Positions 39,055 to 49,025 of a stretch of 64,000 nt of DNA are shown piece by piece; the first letter of the stretch is position 1; every line of letters begins with the position of its first letter. Made by a program: the position numbers and the translations under genes. The notes beneath the pieces were generated by a model. It saw only the letters and a list, made by a program, of their open reading frames with translations, did no database searches and was not told where the DNA came from. The DNA comes from Nitrosopumilaceae archaeon (GTDB lineage Archaea > Thermoproteota > Nitrososphaeria > Nitrososphaerales > Nitrosopumilaceae): positions 288,001-352,000 of the forward strand of contig CBDBCR010000001.1 in the NCBI GenBank assembly GCA_965203465.1. Reading direction: 5' to 3'.

Positions 39055-40635
39055 CTAACGGCCGAAAAAGCGCCGGGCGGGGTGCGACCCCATGCCGACG
39101 CTCTCGGGCCAGCCCTCCCTGCCCAGCCGCTCGGCTATCTTTCTTGCCTCCGGCACCCGGCGCGCGTACCCGAACATGTCCATGCACCTGTCCAGCAGGC
39201 CGGCCCGCTCGAGCTCCTTGGCCGGGAACATGTCCGTTTCGTGCTCTTTCCACCACTTGATCCACAGGTACACGTGCAGCGCTTTGGGGGCGATGTACAG
39301 CTCGGCGCGGCCCTGTACTATCTTCCTGTCCCGCATCCTTGCCAGCAGGGGGCCGAACAGGCCTTCGGGCACCGCCCCCTTGGCCGCCAGCAGCCCGCGT
39401 ATGCGGGCGAGCTCGCCCTCGTTTCCGAGCCTGCTGAACAGGCTCAGCCACGTCATGGCGCCGAGCCTGTCCTCGAATTGGGGGCCGTCGCCCCAGGCCC
39501 GCTTGTCCGCTATGTACCTGCCCCACACGTCCACCGTGTCGGGGGGCGCAAGTACGTCTTGCGGGTTGTCTCTCAGGTTCTGCCCCACCGTGTGGGCGGC
39601 CCGCGCCGACCTGCCGCAAAATTCGGCCCACTCGCCCAGATCCGGCGCGTCCCCGACGTAATGCCGCAGTACCTGCTCCGTGCCGGCCCGATCGAGGCCC
39701 CCTACTTCGAGGCGCCCGGCCGGCCCCTCGCCGTTACAGATAGTCACCAGCCGGACGCCCTTTTTCCTCCCCAGCCTGTCGTGCAGGTCCGCCTGGCAGG
39801 CAAAGTCGCACCCGTCCACCACCAGTATCGCCCCCGATTCGCCGCCGCACAGGCCTGCAAAAAAGCCCCGCCCCGCCAGCGCCGACGGGCCGTCCGCGTA
39901 CACCACGAGGGGGCGCAGATCGTCCGTGTCCGTCGCCTCCAGGACCAGCCGGGTCTTGCCGGACCCCGGCGCCCCGCCGATCCTGATGTGCGCCGGTCCG
40001 GGCCCGCGCAGCTCTGCCCTTATCTGGGCTATCTGATCCTCCTGCTCTTTTCCGCGGTGGAACTTGCGCCTCATCTCGGCCTGCTGCGACCAGTCTTCGT
40101 GGAGCAGAAAGCCGGCGTTCTCCACGCCTAGCACCTTTAGCCGGAGCGAGGGGAAACGGCGCAGAAACCCAGCGATCGCGCCCCGGTCCCACACCTCCAC
40201 GGACGCCCCGGCGTACCTCGGATCGAAGCCCTCGAGGTGCCCGGCGATCTCGTCCCCCGCTCCGCCCGGCTCGTCCTGCCCGGTGAGCGCGACCACCAGC
40301 GTGCCGTTTTCGTCGAGGCACGACTTTATCCTGCTCTTGATCTTTTCCCCGTCGAACAGGATCTCCTTGAGGCCGCGCCGCCCGATTTTTCCGGGCTTTA
40401 CCCGGTAGCACGTGAGGCCCTTTTTTACGATCCCGTGCCTGCCGCCTTTAGGCGCGCCGCGCACGACCCCGTCGACGCCGCCGTTGGGCGAGCCCGACGC
40501 CTGAGGCACGTCTATCCGGTCGTACGGGATGCCCGAGGCGCGCGCGTCGGCGTATATCAGATCCCTGAGCAGGCAGACGGCCTCGCCCTGCCCCATCGCG
40601 TCCATGTGCTCCGGCCCGACCTCGAATGCGCACAA
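39055..40635 (-). CDS. REase-like + STAND P-loop NTPase protein, probably C-terminally truncated
   Basis: PNGGVDG..YRVK nuclease-like N-domain; Walker A GAPGSGKT; Walker B ILVVDGC. Confidence 0.7.
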   Translation of the reverse strand: MCAFEVGPEHMDAMGQGEAVCLLRDLIYADARASGIPYDRIDVPQASGSPNGGVDGVVRGAPKGGRHGIVKKGLTCYRVKPGKIGRRGLKEILFDGEKIKSRIKSCLDENGTLVVALTGQDEPGGAGDEIAGHLEGFDPRYAGASVEVWDRGAIAGFLRRFPSLRLKVLGVENAGFLLHEDWSQQAEMRRKFHRGKEQEDQIAQIRAELRGPGPAHIRIGGAPGSGKTRLVLEATDTDDLRPLVVYADGPSALAGRGFFAGLCGGESGAILVVDGCDFACQADLHDRLGRKKGVRLVTICNGEGPAGRLEVGGLDRAGTEQVLRHYVGDAPDLGEWAEFCGRSARAAHTVGQNLRDNPQDVLAPPDTVDVWGRYIADKRAWGDGPQFEDRLGAMTWLSLFSRLGNEGELARIRGLLAAKGAVPEGLFGPLLARMRDRKIVQGRAELYIAPKALHVYLWIKWWKEHETDMFPAKELERAGLLDRCMDMFGYARRVPEARKIAERLGREGWPESVGMGSHPARRFFGR

Positions 40636-40751
40636 CGTGGGCTGTCGGAGGGCCGGCGCTATAAAAATCGCGTGGCGGCCCGTTCCGGCAACGGCTGCAA
40701 CCTCCGCGGCCGGGCGCGCCTGTTCGACTCTTTCCGGAGCCGCCTCCGGCA

Positions 40752-40998
40752 GGCCGCACCCGAAACGGAAACCACCGAGCGGATCCGTGGCAAAGCCTGC
40801 CTCGTCTCTGCCGCCCGAATCAGGCTTAAACCGTGTCGACGTTTCGCAGGATGGGCACGTGAGAACGCCGGCGACGCGTTCGTGCGTACGTCACGCGCGC
40901 AGCTTGCACACGATCCTTCGCGCAAACCACGCTAGAACGTCAGCTCCGCATACTGCCTGTTGATGCGGCTTATGGGCACGTTTCTCCCGTCGATCCCC
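40752..40998. repeat. Diverged duplicate of 37953-38298 (3' end of the DUF5678-like gene and downstream remnant)
   Basis: Shared blocks GGCCGCAC.CGAAACGGAAACC.CCGAGC and TGCCTGTTGATGCGG..TATG..CACGTTTCTCC.GTCGATCCCC. Confidence 0.7.
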
Positions 40999-41487
40999 GC
41001 GGAGTGGCAGTGCCAAAGGCTAGCGCGAGGCCCACCAGACGGAGATTACGCGCTACCTCTACTGCGACACCCCCATGGAAAGAGGAAACCATAATTTGTC
41101 TCGGAGTTCGTCTAGGCCTCTTAAGTTGACTATCAAGATCGACCACATGGCGGTTCTGCACATCGGACTATCCACCTGACTCATAGAGATAGGGCAGTCA
41201 TACACCACGGCGTTTTTTTGCACATGTCGTACAGTCTGATTATTTTTGTCAACCTCGCGTGAGACGATGTTGGCATTTATGACTATAGTTGGCATAAACC
41301 ATTGCTCCCACCTATTTTTGTCTAACGGGCCTGGGCGTTTCAAATACTCTTCAGCTACGCAGAACGTTTCTCTTGCGATCTGACATGCCACATCTAACAG
41401 CGAGCCGCCGAGCTTCCATACACCGTTGTTGTGTTTTTTGAACACTTGGCCTTGGGCATATCTGTGTGTCTCTAGACGAAGGTTATA

Positions 41488-42637
41488 TAGTATCTTAGAT
41501 TGACTTTGGATAATTTTTGGCACGAACGATCAGGCCGTAAGATAGTCGTGCATCTTTATGATCTTGATGCCGCCGGATCTCAGAGCTTTCAACACCTCTC
41601 TCTTTATCTGCTCGATGTCGTCGAAAAACTGGTTGGCGATGTAGCGCTTGACTTCCCTCCACTGGGACTCGATCGGCGCAAGCTCCGGCGTGTACTTTGG
41701 CAGGAACCTCGCCACGATGCCGCCGTCGGTTCTCTCGTACAGCCTCCGGAACACGGCTTCGCTGTGGTACGAGGCGTTGTCCGTGTAGATCAGCAGCTTG
41801 CCCAGCTTTTTGTAGGCCCTCATGAGGAACGCCTCTACGTTCTTGGCGTTGCCCGTATCGCAGAACTCGAAATAGCTCTGGCCTCCGGCCGCCACGACTC
41901 CGAGCAGGGTGGCCCGGCCTTTCCGCCTGCCCGTGACGTCGACCCTGACCTGTTCGGCGCGCTTGCCTTTCCTCCTTTTCTTGCGGTACCATCCTTTCCG
42001 GACCACGCTCTGCATGGATACGTGCATTTCGTCAAAAGAAACGGCCAGATGCCCGCGCCCAGCGTAGATTGCTACGGTTCTGTGAGCTTTTTTTTTGAAA
42101 TCCTTGATTTCTGCCGGAGACGCCCCGCGTGCGTCGCGGGGGCGGGGCTTGATGTACACGAAGCCCAGCCGGTTCACCAGATCCCAGACGGAGTGGACAT
42201 GGTACTCTACGCCGAACTTTTTCTTGATGTGCGTCCTGATCAGCGGTATCGTCCAAGCACCCGCTCCGAGTCCGATCGCTGCGGGACCCGCTTCCAGATC
42301 CCGCTCGAGCGCCTTGAGCTGGCGCTTGGTGAGCTTGCACGCTGCCCCTTTGTTCTTTATGTCGTATCTCTTGTTCAGACCGTTCTTTTCGATGTTCCTT
42401 ATCCAGTTGGTCACCGTGGTGCGCGGAATGTCCAGGGCCTTGGATATTTCCACGATGGTCTTTCCCTGCTTCCTTTGTATGCATACCAGCAGCCTGCGTT
42501 CTGCTTTTGGATCTTTTTCCTTCCGATGCATGTCGCACAGGCGGGCCATGGTCACTTTGGGAAGAAACCTCCTCGCCATGGGGCCCCCCCGACGTGCCGC
42601 TATTTAGATCTTTGCCCAAAGTCAATCGAAGATACTA
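41488..42637 (-). mobile_element. IS630-family insertion sequence, copy 2
   Basis: Same TIRs, length and transposase as copy 1; TA duplication at 41486-87 and 42638-39. Confidence 0.95.
41530..42579 (-). CDS. IS630 transposase
   Basis: Protein identical to 12091-13140. Confidence 0.95.
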   Translation of the reverse strand: MARRFLPKVTMARLCDMHRKEKDPKAERRLLVCIQRKQGKTIVEISKALDIPRTTVTNWIRNIEKNGLNKRYDIKNKGAACKLTKRQLKALERDLEAGPAAIGLGAGAWTIPLIRTHIKKKFGVEYHVHSVWDLVNRLGFVYIKPRPRDARGASPAEIKDFKKKAHRTVAIYAGRGHLAVSFDEMHVSMQSVVRKGWYRKKRRKGKRAEQVRVDVTGRRKGRATLLGVVAAGGQSYFEFCDTGNAKNVEAFLMRAYKKLGKLLIYTDNASYHSEAVFRRLYERTDGGIVARFLPKYTPELAPIESQWREVKRYIANQFFDDIEQIKREVLKALRSGGIKIIKMHDYLTA

Positions 42638-43632
42638 TATTCTCCCATTCGAATAGAGGAAGGAACTCTGTCACGTGTTCCCGGAGAGTGTAAAAGATCG
42701 TCTGATCTTTGCTCCGAACAGATCCTGTAGATGGCAGAAACTCCCTCTCGGGTCAGGTCGGAACTGGTAAAAACCCAACTCATACGTGTAGGGTCTAGCC
42801 AGTGTGTCCCCACACACAACGCGAGCCTAGAGCCGCATGTCGCAACCATGTCTACCAACGCCCTTTCTCCAACGTGCCCTTCTTGGTTGCCGCCAACATC
42901 GTTTTTGGACTCTGAAACGTCGTATCCTGGCCCATTAGCGGCTAGCGTTGCATAGTCGGGTTTAAAAGAATACTTGACCGATGTAGCGGTTAGGCATGGA
43001 TTTGGTCTAACAACCCGCTTGGATTCTTCTAGCTTTTTGTGTACTAAGGCGCGCAAGCTCACGGCGTCAGACACATCGTGCTGTTTTCTTGGATCTCGCT
43101 CAGACAACGGGTTGCCTCCTTGGCTGTTCTTCATTCGGGCCGCGTCCAACGACACCATTTATTTCAGGCCACCGCGCTTTTTGGCGCGGTTGCGGCGTGC
43201 TTGGAACCGGTAGCCGAGGGCTCGCCACGGTATCTCGGATCTCTTCGCGGCACGTGTTGCGCCAGCGCATGGGCGAGTCTGCCGCGATCGGACCGTTGCG
43301 CATCTCCAGCAACTCTGTCGGGCCAAACGGCATGCCATCCCTGTGGACCCCTTCCTCGTATATACTGCAAGATGCAGGCAAAAAGTAGCACTGGTGCGAC
43401 TTCGCGGGGTAGGCGCACCTTGGGCACGACGGCCCGATCGACGCGAATGCGGGGGAACAGGGGTGCGAGACGGCCGTGGCGGGGCGCCGCTTTCCTAAAC
43501 TGAACTGCGGCCCGGTTCTACGACGGCGATCCGGCGCCCGTTTCCAGGCTAGGCACCCCTGCCCCGAGGATCGCAAACGGTGCCCCGTGCCCGTCCCTGG
43601 AATGCTTATAAGCAGACAGTCCGGCCAAGCCC

Positions 43633-44685
43633 GTGCGGTTCCCGAAAAAGACTGACGCCCAGTTCCACAAAATATTCACGAGCATCATCACGGCCGACAA
43701 AAACAACACGTACAAGCTGGCTCTGGCCCTATTCCTGCTAGAGCACAGCAAGTCCAAACCGCGATCCTGCAAGGTCAAATACGAGGAGATCGCCCGGTTT
43801 TTTCTGAGATACTATTGGTCTCACGTGTGCAAGTCAAAGCTCCGCCAGGGGCCGGCAAACCAGGTTCCGCTGGTGGTGAAAATAATACGGGGCGAGTTCA
43901 ACAAGGACGTCTATCCGATGGACTTTTCCGACCTCGAAAAGGCAGAGCCGTGCAAGGTGGAAAAATGTGTAGGCATGATCACGAAAAGGTGCTTCAAGGA
44001 CGTAGTGCCGCGCTTCCACAGGATCGACGGGCGCAACCAGTGCGTCTTTTACAAATACTGGTCCAAAAAATACCGCGACAAATCGTGCAACGAAAGGCCG
44101 ATCCTGCCCAAAGGAATCCTGATCAACCCCGCGGCCGCGAAATTCCTCAGAAAGAACTGCGTTCCCCTGCGCAAAAGCGTCATCCTGGAGTGGGTCAAGT
44201 TCCTCGAGACCAAAAACTTCGGGGCCCCCAACCTATCGAAAAAAGTGGAAGCCAAAGTCCGCGGCCCGCAAGACCAGCGCAAGTTCCTCACGCTGCTCAG
44301 CCCGTTTTCCAAAAAATGCTTCTACTGCCGCAAAAAACTAAAGTTCGACCGCGCTACCCACGTCGATCACGTCATCCCGTACGACTATATGGGCGAGACC
44401 GAGCTGTGGAACGCCGTGCTGGCGTGCCAGAGCTGCAACTGCACAAAACTCGACAGGCTGCCGCCCGAGAGGTTCGTCAAAGCCCTGATAACGCAAAACC
44501 GCAGATGCTACCACAAGATCGGGGACTTGCGCAAGTCCATCGACAGCATGCACGGGGGCCGCCACACAGCCCGCATTTCCAAGAGCGCGGCCGAATCCCT
44601 CAGAAAGAACATCTACTGGCACTACCGTAGCGCCGCCGACTCTGGCTACCCGCCTCTGAGAGCGTTCCCGCCAAGATCGGCGTGA
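43633..44685 (+). CDS. HNH endonuclease with TYK..L / F..YYW N-terminal domain
   Basis: CFYC..HVDHVIP..NAVLACQSCN..K; CTTATAAG TATA upstream. Confidence 0.9.
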   Translation: MRFPKKTDAQFHKIFTSIITADKNNTYKLALALFLLEHSKSKPRSCKVKYEEIARFFLRYYWSHVCKSKLRQGPANQVPLVVKIIRGEFNKDVYPMDFSDLEKAEPCKVEKCVGMITKRCFKDVVPRFHRIDGRNQCVFYKYWSKKYRDKSCNERPILPKGILINPAAAKFLRKNCVPLRKSVILEWVKFLETKNFGAPNLSKKVEAKVRGPQDQRKFLTLLSPFSKKCFYCRKKLKFDRATHVDHVIPYDYMGETELWNAVLACQSCNCTKLDRLPPERFVKALITQNRRCYHKIGDLRKSIDSMHGGRHTARISKSAAESLRKNIYWHYRSAADSGYPPLRAFPPRSA

Positions 44686-44909
44686 CCGCGCCGTTCTTTC
44701 GAGTGTCCGAGCCTCGCGCTTGGCGGCGGATGCGGGCCTTGCCGGGCACGCGCGCAATCTGCGCCTGCGGGAGGCGCCCGCCGGGCAGGCCGGAGATGCA
44801 GGACCGCCCTTGCGCGGCGCACGGCCGGCTCGCGGGGCCGCTCCACATGGTCAAACGCGCGCCACCCGCAGAATCCCCCGTGCGCCTCTTCTGCCCCTGG
44901 ACGGGGCCT

Positions 44910-46151
44910 CTAGCCGAACGGCACTTCCCGGTATTCCAACTTGTCCTCTTCCAGCATATTTTTCAGCTTGTCCGGTATCTGGGGCGAGACCAAGAAGAAC
45001 CTCGCCCCTTCCATGCCCGTGACTTTTTTGTAGTCGTCCCGGTACCCGGATATCTGGCGCTTGTCCCTGAGCGCCGCCGCCGGATACTTTAGCTCCAGCC
45101 CGACCGCCCTGCCCGAACTGTCCCTGCACAAAAAGTCGATGCTGCCGGTGGGTAGCCGGTATTCGGACGACTGCAACAGCAGGCCGTCTTCGATTAGATT
45201 CAAGTTGGCCCTTATGTATTCTTGGTAGTCTTTTTCTTTCTTGATGGCCCCGTCCAGCTGCTTCTGCAGCCGGTCCGGGTTGTCTACATAGCTGTAGAGC
45301 CACTCGTGGTCGACGGACATGTAGAACGCGGCGACTTCCCTGCGTTCTGCGATGCCTTCCGAGACCAGTTTGTTCAGGAATTTGTTGCAGGCGGACGTGG
45401 GGATGCCCTCCGAGACGATGAGATCCTCTTCCGCGTCTGGAGCCAGCCCGCCTTTTAGCAGCTTTATCAGCTTGCACTGCCAGTTCAGCGTCTTGAGCTG
45501 CCTTGAGTCAAACAGGGACGCCAGCATGTTGATCCTTTCTGCCATGTCGTAGGTTCCGGCAAGCTGCACCACCTTGTCCCTGAGGCTTTCGAACTCTTGC
45601 CTCGGCACGCTTTCTCCCAGCATCTTTGCGGCGCGTTCGATGATCTCTTTGTTGGCCTGGTCTATCATCTCGTCGCGCGTCCTATGCAGGCCCTCGGTCG
45701 TTTCGTGCGTAAAACTGTTCATCTTGTTTTCGGTACGCGACTCTAGATCTGAAAAACCCGTGGAGAGGCTCTGCATGCTCTGCTGCATCATCGACATCTC
45801 GCTGGCGTGTGGAAGCTCGGTCTTGAGTTCGGTAAGATCGGAGCAGGTTGTTTTCAGCTGTTCGCCGATTCTCGACACGTCGTACTGGATCTTTGGGTCT
45901 ATGCCCCGGAGGGGGCGGATGGCGTTTTCGAGTTCGGTAAGATCGGAGCAGGTGGTTCTCAGCCGTTCGTCTATCCTCGACACGTCGTACTGGATCTTTG
46001 GGTCTATGCCCCTGAGCGGCTGGAGGTTCTTTTTGATCTCCGAGATGCCCCTGCGCTGCAGGACGTAGAATATGGAGCAGATGACCACCGTCGCAATCAT
46101 TGCCGCAAGCACGGCTGCCCCTTCTGCTTGCAGCGCCATGCCTCCGAGCAT
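44910..46151 (-). CDS. Membrane-anchored coiled-coil protein with C-terminal NucS-like PD-(D/E)xK nuclease
   Basis: N-terminal TM; 105-bp tandem duplication (about 45825-46025); EKDYQEYI..SEY..IDFLCRD...LELK. Confidence 0.8.
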   Translation of the reverse strand: MLGGMALQAEGAAVLAAMIATVVICSIFYVLQRRGISEIKKNLQPLRGIDPKIQYDVSRIDERLRTTCSDLTELENAIRPLRGIDPKIQYDVSRIGEQLKTTCSDLTELKTELPHASEMSMMQQSMQSLSTGFSDLESRTENKMNSFTHETTEGLHRTRDEMIDQANKEIIERAAKMLGESVPRQEFESLRDKVVQLAGTYDMAERINMLASLFDSRQLKTLNWQCKLIKLLKGGLAPDAEEDLIVSEGIPTSACNKFLNKLVSEGIAERREVAAFYMSVDHEWLYSYVDNPDRLQKQLDGAIKKEKDYQEYIRANLNLIEDGLLLQSSEYRLPTGSIDFLCRDSSGRAVGLELKYPAAALRDKRQISGYRDDYKKVTGMEGARFFLVSPQIPDKLKNMLEEDKLEYREVPFG

Positions 46152-46320
46152 CCAAGCGCGCCGATCGCGTGAGCCATAAATTGGTATCCATTGGCTGTTC
46201 TGTAGGCACTGTTGCGAGTTCGGGGCTAGTTTCTGACTCGACACGGCCGGCCCGATCGCCCCGGGCCCCTGTTCCTGCCGGTATCCGGAGGCACGAATAA
46301 GGGCTTGCGGAGGGCCAGTC

Positions 46321-46467
46321 ATGGCATGCGACGCCAGAACGGTGCTAGAAATGTACGGAGCCGCACATGGTGGCCGAGGCGGTGAGGGCGGCCGCTTCGA
46401 TCAGAGATACGTGGACAACGTCGGGCGGCTGCTGGCCGAAGCTAGACCTGTTGGCCGGCCCGCGTGA
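46321..46467 (+). pseudogene. Decayed paralog of 38727-38927 including its upstream region
   Basis: MACDARTVLEMYG..VRAAA..QRYVDN..RLLA; upstream GTTC.TGCCGGTATC.GGAGGCAC.AATA shared. Confidence 0.7.
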
Positions 46468-46686
46468 GGCACCGGCTGCCGTTCCGGCAGTCTTTGGCGG
46501 CATGCGTATTTCGTGCCCGAGTCACCCCGCAACGCCGATGTTGAAACGGCGAAAGCCGTGTCACGGCGTCTCGCCGCCGCCAAGGTTGTAGTACAGCAGC
46601 TCGGCCTTGTCCTTTCCCGCCGCTGCTTTTACTGTGCGCATGCGGCTCACTGCTAGGTTGATAAGGCGGCGCCCGCGAATGGCTCC

Positions 46687-46884
46687 GTGCTGATGACTCC
46701 AACGAACGAAAGCAAAGCGGCCGGGGCCACCGCGGCGTCCGTGCGAGCCGCGATGCCTGCGCACATCCAGCAGATGGGCGCGGAGGCCGGCGAGACGCTA
46801 GTGTGGGATCTCGACAAAGTAAAGGGCCGGCGGATAGCGACCATAACCGAGGCCGGCGGAAACAAGCCGGAGGCGGCGGCATGA
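46687..46884 (+). CDS. AbrB/MazE-like DNA-binding protein
   Basis: SVRAAMPAHIQQMGAEAGETLVWD pattern. Confidence 0.55.
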   Translation: MLMTPTNESKAAGATAASVRAAMPAHIQQMGAEAGETLVWDLDKVKGRRIATITEAGGNKPEAAA

Positions 46885-47273
46885 GGCGCCACCGGCGGTA
46901 CAGGCGGCGCGGGATAAACGCCAAGGTGCTGATCGTGGTAGTCGTCGCAATCGGCGCGGTGTCGTTCTTGGGCGTGAACGCTCAGTCGCTGACCACGTCG
47001 GAGGAAATATTCAGTTTCGAGAACGCGATCGAAGCCGAGATTGCCGAGAAGGTCAACGACGCGGTGTCAGAACACAATGCCGAGCACAGGAGAAACCAGT
47101 ACTGTTTGGAACGCTTGTACGAGGAATGGGACGGCATCGCCGGCACACAGATACCGGACGGCGAAAAGCGCGAGACGCTCGATCGGATGTTCAAGCCGTT
47201 TGGTTCTTTCGGCTTTTTTGACCCGTGCAGGGAACTAGCCGAAACCAGGATACGCGCGGAATTGCGGGGTTAA
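46881..47273 (+). CDS. Hypothetical membrane-anchored protein
   Basis: ATGA overlap; Arg-rich N-terminus followed by a hydrophobic helix. Confidence 0.6.
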   Translation: MRRHRRYRRRGINAKVLIVVVVAIGAVSFLGVNAQSLTTSEEIFSFENAIEAEIAEKVNDAVSEHNAEHRRNQYCLERLYEEWDGIAGTQIPDGEKRETLDRMFKPFGSFGFFDPCRELAETRIRAELRG

Positions 47274-47748
47274 GGCACGAAGAGTCAAAGTTCCACGCCG
47301 CCGGTAAGTCAGCGCAGCCGCACGGTCCGGGCGGCCGGCGCTCCCCCACGTATAGCAATCTGGGCCGCGATGAGCCCGGCTACTTGGGCATAACCTACAG
47401 CATGAGCTAGGACGATGTCCGAGGATAGCATGTAATTTGCGTCTGCTGGCCCGACTCTGGCCTTTTGCCGCGGCCGCCCATGTCCTACCGTGCACGATCT
47501 TGTGCGTGACACGGGGGAGATCGGGCCCCTCAGAGGTCGGCCTGGTCGGGCGGCTCCCGGCAGGCGCACGCGCATCCCCAGCGCGGCCGGCCCCCGCGTC
47601 CACGACCGACCGCCCAGGCCCCCCGCGCCCTTGATATTGGGGTACAGAAAAGCCGCCCCGCGGCCCAGTCACGGCTGTTTCCCGGGCCCGCCGGCGAGGG
47701 CGCCGGCGCCCGGGTATCTACAAATAGGACCGCCGCGGCCCCGAACAC

Positions 47749-47925
47749 GTGCCCCTCATCAAGGTCTCGCTGTACCCCGGCCGCACCGACGAACAGAAGC
47801 AAAAGTACGCCGAAGAGATAACGCGGGCCGCCTCGGACATACTGGGCGCCAAAAAAGAGCACGTCATCGTGATATACGACGAGCGGCCGCGCCCCGACTG
47901 GTACCTGGCGGGCAAACAACTTTGA
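47749..47925 (+). CDS. 4-oxalocrotonate tautomerase family protein
   Basis: PLIKVSLYPGRTDEQKQKYAEEIT...HVIVIYDE..DWYLAG with catalytic Pro1 (below the ORF-track cutoff). Confidence 0.9.
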   Translation: MPLIKVSLYPGRTDEQKQKYAEEITRAASDILGAKKEHVIVIYDERPRPDWYLAGKQL

Positions 47926-48707
47926 GCCGCGTCACGCTAGTCCAGATGCGCGCGTCCCCCGACAAGGAGCGCAACCTCCGGCACGTACTGCGCTCCATAA
48001 GGTCGGCCGCGCGGCGCGGCTCTTCGCTGTGCGCCTTTCCGGAGTTCATGATGGCCCCCCTGCCGGGGGGCAGGGCCGAGCTTGCAGGGCTTGCCGAGCC
48101 GCTGGGCGGCCCGTTCGTATCCGAAATATCGCGCGCGGCGCGCGAGCACCGCGTGGAGGTGGTCGGCACGCTCTACGAGTCCGAAAGGGGCGCCGTGTAC
48201 GACACCTCCTTCCTTGTCTCGCGCGCGGGGCGCCTGGTCTCGTCGTACCGCAAGACGCACCTGTACGACGCGCTCGGGTTCCGAGAATCGTCGAGGCTGA
48301 CGGCCGGCTCAAAGCTGCCCGGCACGGCCCCCTCGTCGCTCGGCAGGCTGGGCATGCTGGTCTGCTACGACCTGCGCTTCCCGGAGGTCTCGCGCGGCCT
48401 TGCCGCCTCGGGCGCGCGAGTGCTCGTGGCCCCCTCTGCGTGGGTCCCGGGGCCGATGAAGGCCGAGCACTGGCGCGTGGCCAACAGGGCGCGCGCCGTG
48501 GAGAACGGCTGCTACGTGGTCTCGCCGGACCGCGCCGGCCCCGAGTACTGCGGGCTCAGCTGCGTCATAGACCCGATGGGCGGGACTGTCCTGGAGATGG
48601 GCGCCGGGCCCGGCTCGGCGACGGCCGAGATCTCTGCCGAAAAGGTGCGCCGGGCGCGCCGCTCGCTGCCCCTGCTCAAGGGGCGGCGGACCGACCTGTA
48701 CCGGTGA
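47922..48707 (+). CDS. Carbon-nitrogen hydrolase (nitrilase family)
   Basis: FPE, YRKTHLYD, VCYDLRFPE triad; RAVENG. Confidence 0.93.
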   Translation: MSRVTLVQMRASPDKERNLRHVLRSIRSAARRGSSLCAFPEFMMAPLPGGRAELAGLAEPLGGPFVSEISRAAREHRVEVVGTLYESERGAVYDTSFLVSRAGRLVSSYRKTHLYDALGFRESSRLTAGSKLPGTAPSSLGRLGMLVCYDLRFPEVSRGLAASGARVLVAPSAWVPGPMKAEHWRVANRARAVENGCYVVSPDRAGPEYCGLSCVIDPMGGTVLEMGAGPGSATAEISAEKVRRARRSLPLLKGRRTDLYR

Positions 48708-48962
48708 GGGGGCAGCGCAGGTTGGAGCACCTGCGCTGCCGGGGCCTCCCCCCGGCCGCAGCGCAGCGCCGCCACGGGCCACCGGCACGAGGCGCACTTT
48801 GCGCGCGGCGCGCAGCGGGCCCCTCCGGGGCAGGCGGGGACGAGGCCGGGCAGCCGCCCCGGTTGGAGCACCCCGCGAAGCGCTTGCCCGTCGAGCGCGA
48901 GCGGACCGCCATCAGCATGCCGCCCCCGCAGGAGGGGCAGGGGACCGGCCCCGCGCCGGGCC
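48663..48962. repeat. Left copy of the ~300-bp direct repeat flanking the type III R-M cassette (intact nitrilase tail, decayed Zn-ribbon 3' part)
   Basis: Aligns with 54484-54787. Confidence 0.9.
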
Positions 48963-49025
48963 GTCTGAGACAAGACTGCCGTCCTGCCGATAGCTCTAAA
49001 AAGAGGGCTCGAACGGCGGCCGCAG

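Larger units (their letters stand above)
41059..43158 (-). pseudogene. Hypothetical gene (possibly degenerate PD-(D/E)xK fold) split by IS630 copy 2
   Basis: Removing the IS joins IRMGEY to NLRLETHRY in frame; VDMVA, WVF and PTIVINAN motifs. Confidence 0.7.
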
